64,000 bases of DNA, from contig NC_043023.1 in the NCBI RefSeq assembly GCF_006345805.1, forward strand, positions 16,430,001-16,494,000, given 5' to 3'. A program made the position numbers and the translations under genes. Below the pieces are notes generated by a model, which was not told the origin of the DNA, made no database searches, and was given only the letters and a program-made list of their open reading frames with translations. Positions 60,666-64,000 of this stretch are shown here, in pieces. Every line of letters starts with the position of its first letter. Positions within the stretch are counted from its first letter, which is position 1. Source of the stretch: Octopus sinensis (taxonomy: Eukaryota).

Positions 60666-62580
60666 TGTTATCATGAAGATTTCATACAAAGATGGTCATT
60701 ATGCCCCAGGTCAAAAGATCACAAAACAAGAAATTGCTTCCGAAAGTTCTCCAAGCCAATCTGCTTGCAACATGCGATGCACATCTGCATCGACTTCTTT
60801 GCTCAGAGTGATGAGGATGAGAGTGCAAACAATGAGTAAACAGTGAATATGAAAGGACCACTCTCCCCTCCGTAAGATACTTTTATCTAGTTTCACTTTC
60901 ATTTCCAAAGAGTACTCGCTTGTTTTTGTTTACATGTTAAACACATTATATCAGAATATGGTTTTTGGTAATATTATTGCTTAGGAACACATCAAAATCA
61001 TAGAAAATATTAAAAAATAAGCTAAAACTATTAATGGGGTTCTCCATACCCCAACCACACCAATGATGAAAAATACAGAACTACCCCACCAGTGGGTTAA
61101 GATGGTTCATCATAAAGCCATTGGAAGACATTTTAAAATAGTTTTGCAGAGAACTTTGCAAGTTTCTTTGCTTGTGAATCAGTTGTCACGTCTACAAATG
61201 ATGGTGTCCCTGAGTCTTTTCAGAGTGATTCAGAAAACAATTATATATTTTTTGTCTATTCTAAATGATCTTGACATTGTTTTTGACTTTACATAAAATA
61301 TTCTTTACATTCTACTGTTGTTTTATTGTCATTTATTTACAAGTATTATAAATTTTATTGGTAAAATATTTTTCTGGGAATGAATTACAATTTATAACAT
61401 TGCTTCTATGGGAAATTATTGCTTTGCTTTATGAGTTTTCACTTTAGGAGCAATCTCCATGAAGAAGTTAACTTATATATCAAGGCATTATTGTATCTGA
61501 CAGTATTTTGGCACAAGGCCAGCAATTTCAGGGGAAGGAGTAAGTTGAATAACCACATGGATCAGCATGTGTGCTTTTTACATGAACTAGCACAAATGCT
61601 TCTTACAGGGAGTGGCATTGCACGATATACCTATATATATAAAGCTGAAGTTGTCTGTGTGTGTAGCAGGTTTTGCAGCCTTCAACTAACACTATCTCTA
61701 CCGAGACACTGTGATGTCATTTATTTACAAGTTTTATAAATTTTAGAGGTAAAATATTTTTCTGGGAATGAATTAGGATTTATAACATTGCTTCTAGAAT
61801 ACAGTTTTTTGGTAATATTATTGCTTAGGAACACATCTAAAGTCATAAAAAGTACTAAAAAAAATGGCTAAAACTATTAATGGGGTTCTCCATACCCCAC
61901 TGCATTAATCACGAAAAAATACAGAACTACCCCACCAGTGGGTTAATATTTTATCATAAAGCCATTGGAAGACATTTTTAAGTAGTTTTGCAGAGAAAAT
62001 ATGGCAAAAGTTTGCTTTAAACTCAGCATATAACTTCTCGTAACTTCTATATTTTTAGGAATATTTTTCTTTGCATAATCGTACGATTGTGATTATACAA
62101 GTAAAGAAACAAAATTGGTGCATGTTTTAAGGGCCATTTAGCTTACAGTAGTGTCCCCTTTTCCCTGTTTAGGAATTGAACCCACAATTTTCCCTATTTA
62201 GGAATTGACTTCACAGATCTTCCAAACTTTGATCAGCCATTTGCTATTTTGCCAAGCATGTACTGTGGGAAACATACTCTGTCTTTGTACCTCACCCTAC
62301 CCTCATAAATGGCTAGGCATTTATGAGGGTATATCAGAATATGGTTTTTGGTAATAGTATTGCTTAAGAACACATCTAAAGTCATAAAAAGTATAGAAAA
62401 TGGCTAAAACTATTATATTAACATATAAACAAAAACAAATGAGTACTCTTTGAAAATGAAAGTGAAACAAGATAAAAGTATCTTATGGTTAGAGACTCAT
62501 TTATAAGCATTATGATGAAGGTCTTATTTTAAATAAGGGACCAGTTTGGTTCTCCACCTACTGGCCCACTACTAGTGTCT

Positions 62581-62832
62581 TCAGTGTAGGTATTGTGACA
62601 GTTTTAAAAATCCTGTCTCTATCATGATACTGGAAACATGAAAGTCACTAAAAGCTTCTTCGCTGCTCCAATCGTTTGCTATTCTGGGTAACTTGCTTAT
62701 TCTCATTAATATATTTATAGCAGAAAATGCTTGGATTTCATCTAAGCATGTGGGTGGCCAGAAATGGTCCTTTCTACCACATTGCTTATATTCTGTGTAG
62801 CAATGGTTCTGCACAGTAATTGCTTCCAACAA
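62581..62832 (-). pseudogene. Second piggyBac (PGBD4-like) transposase relic
   Basis: WPPTCLDEIQAFSAINILMRISKLP…WSS…SSIMIETGFLKLSQYLH matches the conserved N-terminal block. Confidence 0.7.
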
Positions 62833-62904
62833 ACTAGGAGGGAAAAATAAAGAAGGTCAAATGGTTTTGTCTCCTGGAAATCACTGTGACTAGGTCCAAT
62901 CTCT

Positions 62905-63838
62905 TTTCTCTTTTACTTGTTTCAGTCATTTGACTGCGGCCATGCTGGAGCACTGCCTTTAATCGAGCAACTCGACCCTGGGACTTATTCTTTGTAAGCC
63001 CAGTACTTATTCTATTGGTCCCCTTTTACCGAACCGCTAAGTCACGGGGACATAAACACACCAGCATCGGTTGTCAAGCAATGCTAGGGGGACAAACACA
63101 AACACACAATACATATATATATATATACATATATACAACAGGCTTCTTTCAGTTTCCGTCTACCAAATGCACACACAAGGCTTTGGTCGTCCCGAGGCTA
63201 TAGTAGAAGACACTTGCCCAAGGTGCCATGCAGTGGGACTGAACCCGGAACCATGTGGTTGGTAACCAAGCTACTTACCACACAGCCGCTCCTACACCTA
63301 TATATATATACATACGATGTTCTTCTTTCAGTTTCCGTCTACCAAATCCACTCACAAGGCTTTGGTCGTCCCGAGGCTATAGTAGAAGACACTTGCCCAA
63401 GGTGCCATGCAGTGGGACTGAACCCGGAACCATGTGGTTGGTAACCAAGCTACTTACCACACAGCCGCTCCTACACCTATATATATATATATACATACGA
63501 TGGGCTTCTTTCAGTTTCCGTCTACCAAATCCATTCACAAGGCATTGGTCGGCCCGAGGCTATAGTAGAAGACACTTGCCCAAGGTGCCATGCAGTGGGA
63601 CTGAACCCGGAACCATGTGGTTGGTAACCAAGCTACTTACCACACAGCCGCTCCTACACCTATATATATATATATACATACGATGGGCTTCTTTCAGTTT
63701 CCGTCTACCAAATCCACTCACAAGGCTTTGGTCGTCCCGAGGCTATAGTAGAAGACACTTGCCCAAGGTGCCATGCAGTAGGACTGAACCCGGAACCATG
63801 TGGTTGGTAACCAAGCTACTTACCACTCAGCCGCTCCT
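62905..63838 (-). mobile_element. Family A SINE with four tandem tRNA-like heads
   Basis: Head ends (CCTACACC at 63291, 63470, 63653; GCTCC at ~63838) spaced 179-183 bp apart. Confidence 0.85.
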
Positions 63839-64000
63839 AAACAGTATTCAAACATTTGTTACAGTCAGATACAAGTTCGTTTTCTTTGTCACTGAGTTAT
63901 TGTCTGAATTACTTTCACTTTCAGAAACAGAAATATCTCATTCGATTTCAGACACCAGGATTTTGTTTTTGCTGAATATTTTGTTCGATTTTATTTCTAT

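Larger units (their letters stand above)
57421..60839 (+). pseudogene. Decayed piggyBac-family transposase interrupted by four SINE insertions
   Basis: Acidic N-terminus; TVDEML; KPAKYGIK; GSGRNITMDNWFTSY; KPEIRTFYNITKG; WPLTVFFTILNVAGIN; Cys-rich C-terminus LCPRSKDHKTRNC…PICLQH; TAA at 60837. Confidence 0.88.

Overview
AT-rich, repeat-dense eukaryotic DNA, most likely from an octopus. That assignment is an inference from the CDICGKSF-type C2H2 zinc-finger arrays, the mollusc-type histones and the tRNA-derived SINE families. The window holds two paralogous C2H2 zinc-finger genes (one with ~22 finger units and a 5' frameshift, one with 7 fingers) and a core histone quartet arranged as two divergent pairs (H2A/H2B, H4/H3) with 3' stem-loops and no H1. 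It also holds many SINEs, MITEs/foldbacks, Helitron-like elements, LINE and piggyBac relics, and satellites. The most notable finding is absent from the ORF track as a gene: a six-exon, all-phase-1 gene at 45735-55021, assembled by hand. It encodes a ~250-aa type I membrane protein with a signal peptide, two atypical Ig-like domains and a TM segment. Its [39-nt micro-exon + 249-nt domain exon] cassette is tandemly duplicated, and the exons have diverged much faster than the neighbouring introns, almost entirely at amino-acid-changing sites. Other highlights are hammerhead-ribozyme motifs in Penelope-like foldbacks, a 2.3-kb palindrome built from 147-bp repeats, and a foldback element flanked by a 30-bp direct repeat. 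All alignments and counts were done by eye; no database searches were run.
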